From assembly GCA_035221665.1 (NCBI GenBank), contig CM069154.1, positions 6,262,001 to 6,326,000 on the forward strand: a stretch of 64,000 bases of DNA, given 5' to 3'. Of the stretch, positions 35,882-50,592 are shown in pieces. The position numbers were made by a program, and so were the translations under genes. This DNA comes from Okamejei kenojei (Eukaryota). The notes below the pieces were generated by a model that saw nothing but the letters and a program-made list of their open reading frames with translations, ran no database searches and was not told where the DNA came from. Each line of letters begins with the position of its first letter. Position 1 is the first letter of the stretch.

Positions 35882-38800
35882 AATGGAAAAGCCCACGTCA
35901 CCAAATCAGTAAGGGTCCCAAAAATAAAGACCTAACCAACCTTTCTCTGTAACAGTTGCTACCCTGGCCATTCTAGCTCCTCTGTACTCTCTCTATTTTG
36001 TTGCTATAACTGACCCATTGTACACCATACTCCAGCACTTTGTGTCTCTTACTCTATATTTAATTCTGCTGTGACCCTATCTCAGATTCCATCAGGGAAC
36101 TGCACAGGATCCCTCTTGTTTCGATACGTTACACTTGCTTGTTGGTTATTGTTGGTTAACAAACTGGTGGGAATCTACTCGTTTCACCCCAGCAAATCAT
36201 TGTCAATATAAATTAAGTCGTTTCCAGTCTGTAATTTACAATAGGACGAGTTCAGCAGCATATAATTTCGAACATCTTCCAAAAGGAACATTTTCAAGAA
36301 ACAAAAAAGTTATAATAATGAATCTCGCATGGATTTCAAAAGGAAAATCTTACTTGAATAACCTTATTACATTTTTTAGAGTGAAAGGAGAGGCGACAGT
36401 AAGGTAGAAGTAATTTATTTAGATTTTCAAAGGACATCATTCAAGTACCTCATGATAGATATAATGTCGCAGAATGAGGAACACGGAAACTAATAGTAAA
36501 ATGGTGAGCTAGATGGCAATAGACAACAGACAATAGGTGCAGGAGTAGGCCATTTGGCCCTTCATGCTAGCACCGCCATACACTGTGATCATGGCTGATC
36601 ATCCATAATCAGTACCCCTTCAATCTAGGCTTCAATAGCTTCAATCTAGAAAACAAAGAGTGAAAGAAAAGAGTAGTTGATCACATGTGAACATAACAGA
36701 ATGCCCATAGGTTGGAAGACTCAGTCTCAACACAAGGCCTCAACAACAACAGTCTGAAGAAGGGCCCAGACACCGAAACGTCACCTATCTATGTTCTCCA
36801 GAGATGCTGCCTGATCAGCTGAGTTACCTCAGCAGTTTGTGTCCTTTTAGCCTCTACACTATAGCACTATAGAGTGGCTTCACTGGCTCCCTCAATGTTT
36901 GCAGTTGAACAATCTACTCTTGTACTCATATTCCCTTTCGATAAAAAAACAATGTACAATTTACCTTCCTAATTGCTTCATATACCTGCACATTAATTTT
37001 ATGATTTGTGTAGAGGGTCACCCAGAATCCTCTGGAAATAAACACCTGTTTTGCCCCTCACTATTAAAAAAAGAAAATATTTTTCCTGTCAAGGTGTATG
37101 ACCTCATTTTTTTCCACACTGTAGACCATCTGCCATGTCAGGTTCATTAGTATAGTGTGTTACGCTGGCATGGACTGGTGGGCTTACTAGCATTGTCTAT
37201 GCCATTTATCCTACACAATTTCATAGAATTGCAAGAATCAAAACTACTCTGCTATTCAGGTAGTCTTGAGGATAAAACAACCCACTTCAAAATAATTTAT
37301 CATTTTCAACATTCTTTCGCCCCATTGCCAATACACTAAGGCTATAGAATGCATTATCTACAAAAGACATTGTAGTAAATCACTAAAATATATTTGGCAG
37401 CCCCTCTTAAATCATGAAGGACCAAGTTAAAGTGATTTTATCATACTGTTTTGTGAGGTTATTAGTGTCGAGGACATATATTTAAGGTGAGAGGGGAAAG
37501 ATTTAGAAAGGACCTGAGGGACAGCATTTTACACTCTGAGGGTGGTAGGTACATTAATGAACAGCCAGAGGAAGCTGTAAATATTGTTACAATTACAATG
37601 TTTAAAGACATTTGAACAGGAACATGAATAGAAAAGATTTAGAGGCTGAACGCAATAAATGGGACTAGCTTAGATAGACATCTTGGTCAGTTGGGTTGAA
37701 GGACTTTTTTCCATGCTGTGTAACTATGATTCTGCTATCACTACTGATTATAGAATGATAATGGTGGCTAGGTGCCAATGACAAAGACGGCACGGTGGCA
37801 CAGCGGAAGAGCTGCTGCCTTACAGCGCTTGCAGCGCTGGAGACCTGGATTCGATCCTGTCTTCGGGTGCTGTCTGTACAGAGTTTGTACGTTCTCCCCG
37901 TGACTTGCGTGGGTTTTCTCCGAGAACTTCGGTCCAACACTCCCACACTCCAAAGGCGCGCAGGTTTGTAGGTTATTTGGCTTGGTAAAAATATAAATTG
38001 ATCCTAGCGTATGTAGGATATTGTTAATGTACGGGAATCGCTGGTCGTCGTGGACTCGGTGGGCCGAAGGGCCTGTTTCTGCGCTGTATCTCTAAAACTA
38101 AAACTAGAACTAAAAGTCAAGGGCAGCGGGCATCTGGTTAAGGCATCAACTGCATGTTCCCTTTCAAGTCACTGCCTTCCTTGTCAATGGGGAAAATTCC
38201 TGAAACACCAGGACTATCGTACTTGCAGCACTGGTCTTTGAAGTGCTTTGGCTAAATCACTTTTAGAATACTGCTTACAGATGACTCACCATTTCTAATG
38301 AGCTATTATTGACAGTATTGAATACTTCCCTGGCCAGTGACATCTGCATCTCCATCTCTCTGCGTGGAGATGCAGAGTAGACATCTCCATCCAGTCTAAT
38401 AAAAGAAGCACGACGACAATGTTAAAAAAAACCTCAGATAATTAGATGTAGTTTTTCACACAAACAGTGAATATGCTTTGTGCTTTTCAATGTGAAAACT
38501 TTAGCTTGAGTGCAAGATGGTAATGTGTTATATACTGAGAATGCCAAGGAGATTTGGCAAAGTGCCAGATGAAAGACAGTGAAAATAAAAGCTACATGGA
38601 ATAGATCAGAAATGATTTAAAGCTGAGCATGTAAGTATTTGCTATTTAGTTATCTCTGGAAGGAAAGAAGTACTGAAACTTGTGTTGGGAATCATTGTTG
38701 CGACGTGGCAAAGATGATGTGAATTCAGCCAGAGGAAGCCCACATGTTCACCACACAAAAAGCACAACACTCCTCACAGACAGCACCTGAGATCAGGATC

Positions 38801-40635
38801 AACCAGAGGAAACCTACACAGACACAATGAGAATGTGCAAACTCCACATCAGATGTCAAGTCCTCTGGCACTGTGGGGTACAGGTCTACCAGTTGTGCCA
38901 CTGTGCCACCCATTTGGAGGGCATGAATTGAACACTTTTTAGAGTAAAACTGCAAATTTGCTTACTCAGTCTGTGACCTAGCTAAAGCTAATGAAAGTGA
39001 TTTACTTAAGATGTAGGAACAGGGGTAAGAAATTGATGTACACCCATTTACCGAGGTCATGGGTGATTTTGACCCCATTTTCATTCCTGTAAAGTAAAGT
39101 CTTTAATTAAAAAGATCAATTAATTGCAAAATTAATAGCTAACCTAAAAATAAATGTTTCTTGCTGAAACTGGAGGAAAACAATGTTGAGACAGTGTTGT
39201 GTACCAGCACGGCAGAGCCAGTTCAGACCATGTTTTGAAATCTGTTGCTTTTGAAAACTGGGCAGAATTTTGACTCATTCCAGCAGATGGTTGATGAAAT
39301 TATATGTGGTTATAAATAATGGTGTAGGAAATACTGAGAATGGCATGCCACATGAGGTAGGAAGTTATATATGGAAATTAATGCAGAATCACGAAGGACA
39401 ATTTCCTGGGCACCTAAGCCCACTCTGACATGGTGAGTCAGAGCTAACTGTCACCACAAGTGCGAATTCTTAGTTCTTGGGTACACAAATATTGTTATAT
39501 ATAATTTCACAAGAGAGTTGGTAACCTTTAATTAGTTGGAGTATGTACTTTAGATTGTAACCATGCTATCTCATTGAAACAGCACACCAAAAACATCACT
39601 AACAAAGACACAAACTGATCGTCTTTTAACAGTCCAGCAAGTGAAGCATTACTTTTCATGTCATTTATGATTATTAACAAATTTGTAACACAAGGTAAAA
39701 TAATCACTGTTCAAGCTAAAAATGGGTCTTCAATTTGTAGCAACTGACACAATTCTAGACTACAGTTTCAAATAATATCTTCAAAATATGCCTTATACAG
39801 ATCGATGAGTGTAATTCCATGTACAGAAAGCATTCAAGGAGATCAATAATGAAGTGAGATCTTCTGATTGTGATCTGGAAGCTTAGGTACAAATATTTGC
39901 TAATTATTCAGTCCGTCCATTGACCAGGATTGTATGCTTAATTGTAAAAACAATATTCTGTGTTATTTTTAATGCTGATCTTTAGTTATACACAAGGGCT
40001 TTGGAATTTGGGTTAGTTATCAGCCTCTGCACTTTGCACCAGAATGATCAGTTGTGTGGCACTAAAGCACAAAAAAGTTTCTGAACATTCCCTAAATCAC
40101 AAGAATAAGCCTTGTCTCTGCATTCTATTCATCTGCATTCACACTTCTAAAGCTAGATCCCTAACCTGATGCATTGTCTCTACCTGAAACCACTATCCTT
40201 TTGGCGCCACAAATGCTGCCTGACCTGCTGAGTTCCTCCAGCAGCTTGTTTGTTTTTTGCTCCCAGTTCAGGCTTCTCCAGTCTTGTATCTCCAGTCCAA
40301 ACATAAAGAGCGTCTGTTCGTCTTCCAGTCATATTTTTCTTGGAGGGCATCAAGACTTCATAGTATTTTACTGCACAGCTGCAGGACCCACAAACCTGCC
40401 TTTATCAATGGAACCATCATGGAGAGAGCCAAAAGCTTCAAATTCCTTGGTGTGCATATTCTTAAGACCTGAACCCAGCAACTGATGCAATTATAAAGTA
40501 AGCTCATCAATGCCTCTACTTCCTGAGAAGATCGTAGAGATTTGGTATGTCAGAGAGGATTCTCGTGCACTTCTACAGGTGTACAATAAAGAACATATTG
40601 ACTGTTACATCACAGCCTGGTTTGGCAACGTGAAT

Positions 40636-42480
40636 GCCCAGGAGTTTCGATTCTGTAGACTGGGCAATGTTCAGGGACTCGGCAATGGACCTGAACGAAT
40701 ACGCCACAGTCGTTATAGACTTCATAAAGAAATGTGTGGAGGACTGCATCCCTACAAAAACCTTCCGAGTGTTTCCTAATCAGAAGCCTTGGATGAACTT
40801 TGAGATCCGCACTCTTCTGAAGACCAGACACCGGGCATTCATGTCTGATGATACAGTGGTCTACAAGAAGTCCAGATATGACCTGGTAAGGCCATCAAAA
40901 AGACCAAAAGGGACTTCTGCTCCAAGCTGGAGGATGAGACACATATTCGGCAGCTGCGGCGGGGCCTGAATGCAATCACCTCCTACAAAGCGAAATCAGG
41001 AGGTAGCTCGAATGTTGGCGAAACATCATTCCCTGACGAGCTCAATGCGTTTTACACACACTTTGATAGGGAGAACACCGATGTGCCTTCTCGAGCCCCC
41101 ATTCTCTGTGATGGTATTTCAGTCGCAGTCACAGAGGCCGATGTCAGAAAATCCTTCAGAGGAGTGAACCCCCGGAAAGCGCCTGGACCTGATGCCATAC
41201 CCAGTCATGTTCTAAAAATCTGTGTGGACCAACTGGCTGAAGTTTATAGGGACATTTTCAACCTCTCACTTCTGCGGTTCCCACCTGCTTTAAAAGGGCA
41301 TCAATTATACCGGTGCCCAAGAAGAGCAAGGTGACGTGCCTTAATGGCTATCGACCAGTGGCACTAACGTCGGTGGTGATGAACTGCTTTGAGAGGTTAA
41401 TCATGGAGCAAATCAACTCATACTTCGACAGAAACCTGGACCCACTGTAGTTCGCCTACCACCACAACAGATCAATGGTGGATGTGATCTCGCTGGCACT
41501 CCACTCCGCCCTGGACCACTTGGACAACAAAAACCCATATGTCAGGCTTTATTCACTGATTACAACTCGGCATTTAATTCAATCATCCCTTCCAAGCTGG
41601 TTACCAAGCTCTCAGATCTGGGTCTCTGTGCATCCCTCTGCAATTGGATCCTCGACTTCCTTATTCAAAGACCACAGACTGTTCGTATTGGTGGAAATGT
41701 GTGAACCTCGATAACAATCAGCACGGGAGTACCTCAAGGCTGCGTGGACAGCCCCCTGCTGTACTCACTATATATTCATGACTGTGTAGCCGGTCACAGT
41801 GCGAACTCCATCATCAAGTTCGCTGACGACACCAGCGTATCACTGATGGTAATGAGTCAGAGTATAGAAGTGGGATCGACCGACTAACCAAATGGTGCCA
41901 GCACAATAACCTGGCCCTCAACACCAGCAAAACCAAGGTACTGATTGTGGACTTTGGAAGGGGTAGGATGGGGACCAACAGTCCCATTTATATCAACGGG
42001 TCGATGGTGGAGAGGGTCAAAAGCTTCAAATTCTTGGGCGTGCATATTTCTGAAGATCTCTCCTGGTCCGAGAACACTGATGCAATTATAAAGAAAGCAC
42101 ATCAGCGCCTCTACTTCCTGAGAAGATTACGGAGAGTCGGTATGTCAAGGAGGACTCTAGCTAACTTCTACAGGTGCACAGTAGAGAGCGTGCTGAGCGG
42201 TTGCTTCGTGGCTTGGTTCGGCACCTTGAGCGCCCAGGAGCGGTAAAGACTACAAAAAGTAGTAAACACTGCCCTGTCCATTCCATCGAGGAGATCTGTC
42301 ACAGTCGCTGCCTCAAAAAAGCTAGCAGCATCATCAAGGACCCACACCATTCTGGCCACACACTCATCACCCCTCTACCTTCAGGTAGAAGATACAGGAG
42401 CCTGAAGACTGCAACGTCCAGATTCAGGAATAGTTCTTCCCAACAACCATTAGGCTATTAAACTCAACTGGAACAAATCT
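40636..42480 (+). mobile_element. Rex1/Babar-clade non-LTR retrotransposon, degraded ORF2 (more fragments at 40390-40635, 42680-42930 and 57180-57760(-))
   Basis: [40 protein letters not shown] and KAHQRLYFLRRL motifs, with stops and frameshifts. Confidence 0.85.
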
Positions 42481-42978
42481 CTGAAAATTAATACACAATT
42501 ATCTGTTTATTTGCACTTTATCTGCTTATTTATTGATGTGTGTATATATTTATATAATGGTATATGGACTCACTGATATGTTCTTTATTCATGCCTACTA
42601 TATTGTGCTGAAGCAAAGCAAGAATTGCATTGTCCTATCTGGGACACATGACATAAACTCTCTCGACTTGACTTGAGTGAAGAAGACTGCGAAAAGTTGT
42701 GAAAACTGACCAGTCCATCATGGGTTCTGACGTCCCAACCATCTAAAGGATTTACTGGAGTCGCTACTTCAAAAAGGCAGCCAACATCATCAGAGACCCG
42801 CACCACCCTGGCCATGCACTCATTTCACCCCTGCCATCGGGAAGAAGGTACAGGAGCATGAAAACTGTAACGTCCAGGTTCAGGAGCAGCTTCTTTCCCA
42901 CAGCCATTAGGCTATTAAACACCAACCAACATAGACTATTTCTGTTATTATAGCAGTTATTGTTTGTTTGTTTTTTTA

Positions 42979-42985
<7 letters not shown>

Positions 42986-43048
<63 letters not shown>
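42986..43048. repeat. (TA)n microsatellite
   Basis: About 31 TA units. Confidence 0.95.
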
Positions 43049-43049
<1 letters not shown>

Positions 43050-43569
43050 CTAAAAGTCTTCATCTTGTGTGTGTGTCTGTGTCAATCTGGGTAATTCCTA
43101 TTTTCTTCCAAACGCTAGGCCGCAACCTTCCCACTTTCATACATCCTACTCACATTTTTCCCGTGGAGGCGATAAACATCTTCCCGTCGTATTTCCACCT
43201 ATATTTCCAAAGTTATTAATCATTGAAATTTTAAAAACAGGCAAAACTGCCTTCTCAAAGAGTCTTCTCACAATGTTGATGTCACAATGCCTCTCACAGT
43301 GCACCAATCACAATGGGCTCTCAAGCTGGCTGCCGACTGCCACTATGACATCACAATGGGACATTGCCAATGGTAACAATGGGCTCTCAAGCTGGCTAGC
43401 AAAGTTGCCAACGTTATCAAGGTTGCTGCTCCTCTACCAATATCTGAAGGGGCTGCTCATTAAGTTCTGGTTGCATTTTGGTCCCACAATCCTGGTGTTT
43501 GGGCACAAGGCAGGGCATGATGAGGGCCAATCGGGGTTGGGGGACTCTCATCGCCACCCCCCAATTCCA

Positions 43570-44290
43570 CACCTGACTCCCGAAGCGTGTTTCTGATCTG
43601 TTGGATAGGTTATTGGGGGGTTTTCTTTATTATAGAGAGAATTCTTGTCAGCAGATGTGGCGGTCTTCCATGGCCTGCCAGTCCCTTTGTGATTAGTAAG
43701 CTCACCAGTGCTCTCTTTCTTCTTAATTATGTTCCAAACAGTTGATTTTGTTAAATCTAAGGTTTGGCTGATGTATCTTACAGTTTTATTCTTGTTTCTC
43801 AGAATCATAATAGCTTCTTTGACTTTCATTGGTCCTCATGTTGATAAACAGCAATAAAAGATTCCAAAGGTGATGAAATGACTGGAGGAAAGACTAGGTG
43901 CTGCGAGCTCTCTTATACCTGCATTAAGGATGCAATTAAACAAACCTGAGCAATTACAAACGCCTGTGAAGCCATGTGTCCCAAACATTATGGTGCCCTC
44001 AAATGGGGAAGGGGGGGAAGGGGAAGGGGAAGGGGGGGAGAGAGGGAAAGGGGGAAGGGGGGGTGGGAGGGGGGGGGGGAAGGGGGGAAAGGGGGAAGGG
44101 GGGAAAGGGGGAAGGGGGGGGACTATGCATAAACACAGCTGTAAAATGTATAAACATGGCCTTTAATAAAATCTGACAATGTGCACTTTATCTACATGTG
44201 ATTTTTTTCTATTACAAATCTCAAATTGTGGAGTACAGAGGCAAATAAATAAATGATGGGTTTTTGTCCCAAACATTATGGGCACTCTAT
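43570..44290 (-). mobile_element. Tc1/mariner fragment (left end and transposase N-terminal HTH)
   Basis: KVKEAIMILRNKNKTVRYISQTLDLTKSTVWNIIKKKESTGELTNHKGTGRP; end motif gtcccaaacattatgg at ~43978 and ~44266 (IR/DR-like); G-rich expansion at 44005-44121. Confidence 0.8.
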
Positions 44291-44679
44291 GCACTTGTCT
44301 TTTGTGAGTCATACACTGAAACACCCAGATACCTCTACATCGCCGAGGTCAATCATTAATGATATAATAATTTATTACATTTTTTTGGCCAATTGATAAC
44401 TTTTTCTCACATCATATGCCATATAATTCACTATTTGCTCTTCACTGTCTTATCCATATCTCTTCATAGCTTTTGAGTGTCCTCTTCACAACTTAATTTC
44501 CTGACATATTTGTGTAACATTAAATTTAGCAACCATATGGTGCTCATACCCAAAACATTTGTATAAAGCTGGGTCCTCAGCATGGATTCCATTAGCACAT
44601 CACATCTTGCCAACGACAATAAAATGATTCCTTGTTTCCTGTAATCTTTTCCCTAAATAATAAAGCCAACTCTAAAACC

Positions 44680-44940
44680 CATTGACTGGACCATCTCCAT
44701 TTACTGGTGCCCTCTTCAATTCCCTATTTACTAGTGTTCTAATTCCCATTGACTGATCCGCTCCTAATTCCCCATTTAGTAGTGCCCTCTCCTAATTCCC
44801 CCTTGAGTGGTTTAATCTCCTAATTCCCCATTGTCTGCTGCCATCTCCTAATTTCCCATTTACTAGTGCCATCTCCTAATTCCTAATTTACTGGTGCCGT
44901 CTCCTAATTCTCCCTTGACTGGCCCCTTTCCTAATTCACT
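44680..44940. repeat. Degenerate ~29-bp minisatellite (ctcctaattccccattgactggtgcc-like), about 9 units
   Basis: Recurring ctcctaattc(c)c core. Confidence 0.85.
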
Positions 44941-47384
44941 CAATAACACGATATTTCATGGCAGGATCCCCCTTGTCCAATTTAGTTTTGCAAATTGCGA
45001 GTCTTCTTCAGCAGTATCGATTTGTGATAAGTCTTAGACTTTATTCATCTGCTACCCTTTAGCCCAATATATTCCTGACAAACCAGAATGTGTCTTTATT
45101 TGAACAATAGCTTGACAGAGCTATTATTATCTTTATCAGATTAATATATTGACATGAACTTTCAACAGTCTTTGGAGGATGGAAAAATACACACTCTTAT
45201 CAGGTTATGGCCTAGTCCATGATTATGAATTTTACTAAATAGCTAATAATTTAACTATGAAAGCGAAAAAAGCTTATCTCTTCGATATAATCAAATGGGA
45301 TACAGCAGAGACCTGGGTTTGATCCTGAACATGGGTGCTCTCTGTACGGAGTTTATACTTTCTTCCTGTGACCATTTTTTTTACTGTGACCTAAGTGTGT
45401 TTTTCACTTTTTCTATGTTGTTCTGATATTTCTACCTTTATAGGGCTGCAAAACGGATTGAGTGAGCGCGGTAGAGCTGCTGCCTCACAATGCTGGAGAC
45501 CCAGTTATTCAATCCTGAATTACCTCGGATGCTGTCTGTGTAGGGAATTTGCACCTTCTCCTTGTGACTGCGTGGGGCTTCACCAAATGATCCGGTTCCC
45601 TTCCACATCGCAAAGAATGTGGGCCTGAGGGTTAACTGGCCTCTGTAAATTGTCCCTCGTGGTTGAGAAAGTGGGATAACATAGCACTAGATTGAACAGA
45701 TGATCGGCGATCAGCGTAGACTATGGGCTGAAGAGCCTGTTCCCATGTTGTATCTCTAAATAATTGTGGGAAAATGGGACTAATGGAATTGCTCCAACAG
45801 AAGGAGAATGGATGAAGAATCAAGTGGCCTCCTTCGGTGCGATAATAATTGAATGATTTTATTGTTACGACCCTCTCATTAATCATCTAGAGATTGATAG
45901 ATATGATTCTGTTTAAATCATTTCCCAGATGTGTAATAATGCTTATCTGCTGCATCAATGCATTCGCTAGCCGCTGCACTGGCAACGCTTGATTTAATGC
46001 AATAAATTGCACCATTATATTCATGCATTACTCGCAACTGTACATATAATTTTTGTATTTGCCAGCTGATCTTTGATTACACACTGGCAGTCAAGGCAAG
46101 CCAGTTCAGAATAAAGGAAATTTAGACCAAAGCATCCAGCTGGAATTCAATCCACAATTTAAAATCCACTTATTTAAAAGAATTCTATTATAACCATTCA
46201 ATGTCTGCACATGTAATTAAAATGCCAAATGCAAACACAAGCAAGTTGTAATTAGTATCGCCTTCTTTCTTTCAATTCCCTTCCTCTCAAAACGAACTCT
46301 TCATTCGCAGTGCACTCGATATCCTTCTTTAACCATCATTCTTTATTAACAGCATGCAGAGATTCCCATCTGTAGAAAGGAAGTACAGATACTGGTATGA
46401 GTCCGAAGATAGACACAAAGGGCTGGAATAACTCAGCGGGTCAGAAAAAGGATGAGTGACGTTTCGGGTCAGAACTCTTCTGAAGTTAGTCTTCAAAATT
46501 CAGAGTCTGAAGAAAGTTTCCAACCCATAACATCACTTATAAGTTTCCGACCCATAACATCACATAATAGCACATTGTTTCTATATTCATTGTGCTATCT
46601 GGGACACATGAGAATAAACTCTCTTGACTTGACTTTAGTATCCGCAGAGATTCCTATGTCCTAGATGTGCTAGGAATGGCTTGTAGGTGCACATGTGTAA
46701 TTGGGAAACATAAGCTGACCAAAATATTGTATTCTTACATAACCTAAGAATTATGTCCTTCACTCAAGTGAAATTTCTAACCAAATAATTACAAGGGATA
46801 AAGGATAATTTAACAGCTTACATTCAATTGCGCTATTGTGAAACCACATATTTTAAAGTAGGTTAAACCCTTATTTAGAACCTTTGGAAACATATGAAAG
46901 TCTTCTGAAACAATTCTTGTTAGGCAGCAGACAGATTTAATTATCAGAGTAAAGGGATTACATATGCGTTTTTCACGATAAATGCGTACCTGAAAGTAAA
47001 TAATGGAAAATGTTGATAAAAAGCATGTGACCAAGATAAGATAACGGAATGTCACAAGCTGTATTCAAGAAATGCAGCGATTTTACATATTGTACATTCT
47101 GAAAGGAACTATGAACATTGCATTTAGTTTGACAATAAAAATCAGCAATCTTAGAAACAAGGAACTGCAGGTGATGGTTTGCACAAAAGGACATTAAGTG
47201 TTGAGGTAACTCAGCGGGTCAGGCAACATCTTTGAAGAACATGGATAGGTGACGTTTTCTGTCGGGGCCCTTCCTCGGTCTAAAGAAGAGTCCCGCCCTG
47301 AAACGCCACCTATCCATGTCCACCAGAACCTTCATAGCCTATTCCTTCATAAAGAAATAGGCTATCATGCTTTTTTCATGCCGT

Positions 47385-47424
<40 letters not shown>

Positions 47425-49353
47425 GGGGGGGGGATGGACGATATAAATTCAAATGTTTATTCATGTGCTGGTCAGGGCTTTAGGATGATCTGTGGTAATG
47501 AAACACTGTGAAAATGTTTGTTATTCCTTGTTTTATCTTTCCTTCATAATGCAGGATGTTTATATATATTAATAACGTATAGCATTAACATCAATGGATT
47601 CTGTTTTTGTTCATATGTTCCATTTCTCTGAACTTCCTAATAATTTAAGTGTTATCAAGTGCAAGGTAGTGATGTTGAAAAACAGTCAATTTTTGCATAA
47701 AGCATGGTTTTAATTTGTTCCCGTGACACCGAGTCATACAGATGGGAGTGGACGCAAGTTCCGTTCTTGGCTCGGGTTACAGTTACTTATTTTATCCGAG
47801 CTGACAGACAGGGAAATAAAATTAATCTCGGAAAGGGGAAGTAGGAAAAGCAACAAATGCTGCTCAATATTGTGTCCGCTCACCGGTTCTACAAAAAATA
47901 CGTATAGGTGTTGGCCGTAGTTAGGATTAGGCTCATTTATACCAATATTTTAGTTTACTTTAGTCTAGAGATACAGCACGGAGATACTGTAGGCTCTGCA
48001 GATGTGTTGAAAGGGACTCCAGATGCTGGTTTACACCGAAGATAGACACAAAATGCTGGAGTAACTCAGCTGGACAGGGAACATCTCTGGAGAGAAGGAA
48101 TGGGTGATGTTTTGGGTTGAGGCCCTTCTTCAGCCTGATAGTCAGGAGAGGGGGAGACGAGAGACATGGAAGGAAAAGGTGTGAAAAAAAAAAATCAAAG
48201 TGGACAGTGAACGAGTGGGTTAAACCGCGGTCATAGAGCTGGAGAACAGGAGGAATCACAGAAGGGGAGCAGCGAGAAAGGGTGCTTCAGAACTCTCGTC
48301 AGAGGAGGAGAACATTTTCAAAGTCGGCAGGAAGGAACTACAGATACTGGTTTATACCGAAGATAGACGTAAAATGCTGGATTAACAGCTGGACAAGCAG
48401 CATCTCTGGAGAAAATGGCTGATGTTTCGGGTGGAGACATTTCTTCAGACTGAGAGTCAGGGGAAAGGGAAATGAGAGATACAGGTGGTGATATAGATAG
48501 AATGGCTATTTTTAACATATTGTTCCCAAATACACTGTTTTACAAGAATAGAATTGCCATACCAGGGTGTTTCGTTGGCACCTTCCTCTAGCTAACTATG
48601 ATCTATGCTACATTTTCCTTCAGCCTCGTCCCCTTTGAGGTATTGTTTTCACACCTTACCCTTACATTTCTCCCTTAACTCTCAGTCTGAAGAAGGATCT
48701 CGACCCGAAACATCACCCATTCCTTCACTCCAAAGATGGTGTCTGTCCCCGCTGAGTTACTCCAACATTTTGTGTCTCTGTTCAGTGTAAACCAGCACCT
48801 GCAGTTGATGTGATAGCTGAAAATGAGTTACATAACTGCAGACGAAATGTAGGGGGAGGAACTGCATATGTTGGTTTAAACCGTAGACTCAAAAAGCTGC
48901 AGTGGTACAGGCAGCACCTCTGGAGAAAAGAGGTGACGTTTCAGGTCAAGACCCTTCTTCAGCTGAAGATTGACATTAAATATTGGAGTTACTCACCGAA
49001 ACAAGGGTCTCTGCCCAAAACTTAAACCATTCCTTTTATCCAGAGATGCTGCTTGTCCCGTTGAGTTACTCATCTTTGGTTTAAACCAGCATCTGCAGTT
49101 TCTTCCTATGCAGTTCGATAGATAAGACACAGTTCTGCAGTTCTGTAAAGGTAGCATCTCTGGGGAGAAGGAATGTGTGACGTTTTGGGTCGAGACCCTT
49201 CTTCGGGAAAGGGAAACGAAAGACGTAGACTGTGATGTGGTGAGATATGGAATTGAATGAATGAAATGCAAAGCAATAAAACTAACAATGATAAAGGAAG
49301 CAGGTCAAATGGGAAAAAAAAGAACTGCAGATGCTGTTAAAATCGAAGGTAGA

Positions 49354-49681
49354 TCCCAATGTTGGGCGAGTCCAGAACCAGGGACCACATTCTTAGAATA
49401 AAGGGGAGGCCATTTAAGACTGAGGTGATAAGAAACTTTTTCACCCAGAGAGTTGTGAATTTATGTAATTCCCTGCCACAGAGGGCAGTGGAGTTCCAAA
49501 TCACTGGATGGTTTTAGGCAAGAGTTAGATAGAGCTCTTGGGGCTAGTGGAATCAAGGGATATGGGGAGAAGGCAGGCACGGGTTATTGATTGGGGACGA
49601 TCAGCCATGATCACAATGAATGGCGGTGTTGGCTCGAAGGGCCGAATGGCCTCCTCCTGCACCTATTTTCTATAATTCTAT
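49354..49681 (+). mobile_element. CR1 3' fragment inserted into a Penelope tail
   Basis: CR1 3' UTR interrupts aatcgaaggtaga|cacaaaatgctgg, with gtaga duplicated. Confidence 0.75.
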
Positions 49682-50087
49682 GTAGACACAAAATGCTGGT
49701 GAAACTCAGCAGGTAAGGCAGCATCGATGGAGAGAAGGAATTGGCAAGGTTTCGGGTTTCATTCCCACACTGGCCTCTTGTGCAGGAAGGAACTGCAGAT
49801 GCTGGTTTAAACTGAAGGTAGACACGAAAAGTTGGAGTAACTCAGCGAATCAGTCAGCATCTCTGTATTAAGTGACGTTTCGGTTCTTCAGGCTGAAGAA
49901 GGGTCTCGACCGAAAAAGTAGCCGAATGGCCTACTCCTGCACCTATTTTCTATGTTTTCTATGTCACCTATCTCCTTCTCTCCGCAGATGCTGCCGCACC
50001 CGCTGAGTTTCTCCAGCATTTAAGTGTCTACATAGAAATGTACCTTCAGATGTTACCTTAAAGATTGAATCGAATTGAATTGAATAG

Positions 50088-50176
50088 TCTGAAGAAGGGT
50101 CTCGACCCGAAACGCCGCCTATCTCCTTAGATGCTGCTGCTGCACCCACTGAGTTTCTCCAGCCTTTTGTGTACCC
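50088..50176 (+). mobile_element. Mini Penelope insertion (hammerhead core plus tail) with a 12-bp TSD
   Basis: tgaattgaatag at 50076-50087 and 50177-50188. Confidence 0.75.
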
Positions 50177-50195
50177 TGAATTGAATAGCTGCCTG

Positions 50196-50544
50196 GGGGT
50201 TACACAAAAAGCTGGAGAAACTCAGCGGGTGCAGCAGCATCTAAGGAGCGAAGGAGATGGGCGACGTTTCGGGTCGAGACCCTTCTTCAGACTGGTCAGG
50301 GATCAGGGAAACGAGAGATATAGACGGTGATGGGGAGAGATAAAGAACAATGAATGAAAGATATGCAAAAAAGTATCGATGATAAAGGGAACAAGCCATT
50401 GTAAGCTGTTTGTGGTGTGAAAATGAGAAGCTAGTGCGACTAGGGTGGGGGAGGGAGATGGAGATAGAGGGAATGCCAGGGCCCGAGGGCTGAGGGAGAG
50501 GTGGGAAGGGAAGGAGACAGCAAGGGTTAACAGAATTGAGAAAG
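50196..50544 (-). mobile_element. Penelope pLTR, inverted, with a 13-bp TSD
   Basis: Near-identical reverse complement of ~51537-51882; gaatagctgcctg at 50183-50195 and 50545-50557. Confidence 0.85.
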
Positions 50545-50592
50545 GAATAGCTGCCTGTTTGCCAGACTTGCACCGAGGGTGACTACAACTCC

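Noticed and set aside
44680-44940. CRISPR-like array
   Set aside because: A degenerate head-to-tail minisatellite without unique spacers, in a eukaryotic context with no cas genes.
47386-47433. Long poly-G/poly-C runs (also ~20781, 28504, 35838, 52303, 52491) as functional G-quadruplexes
   Set aside because: Pure homopolymers with unreliable assembled length and no supporting evidence of function.
36200-47900. Short ORFs (60-175 aa) in the ORF track as novel genes
   Set aside because: They overlap repeats or low-complexity DNA and lack coherent splice or domain signals; no host gene can be supported here.
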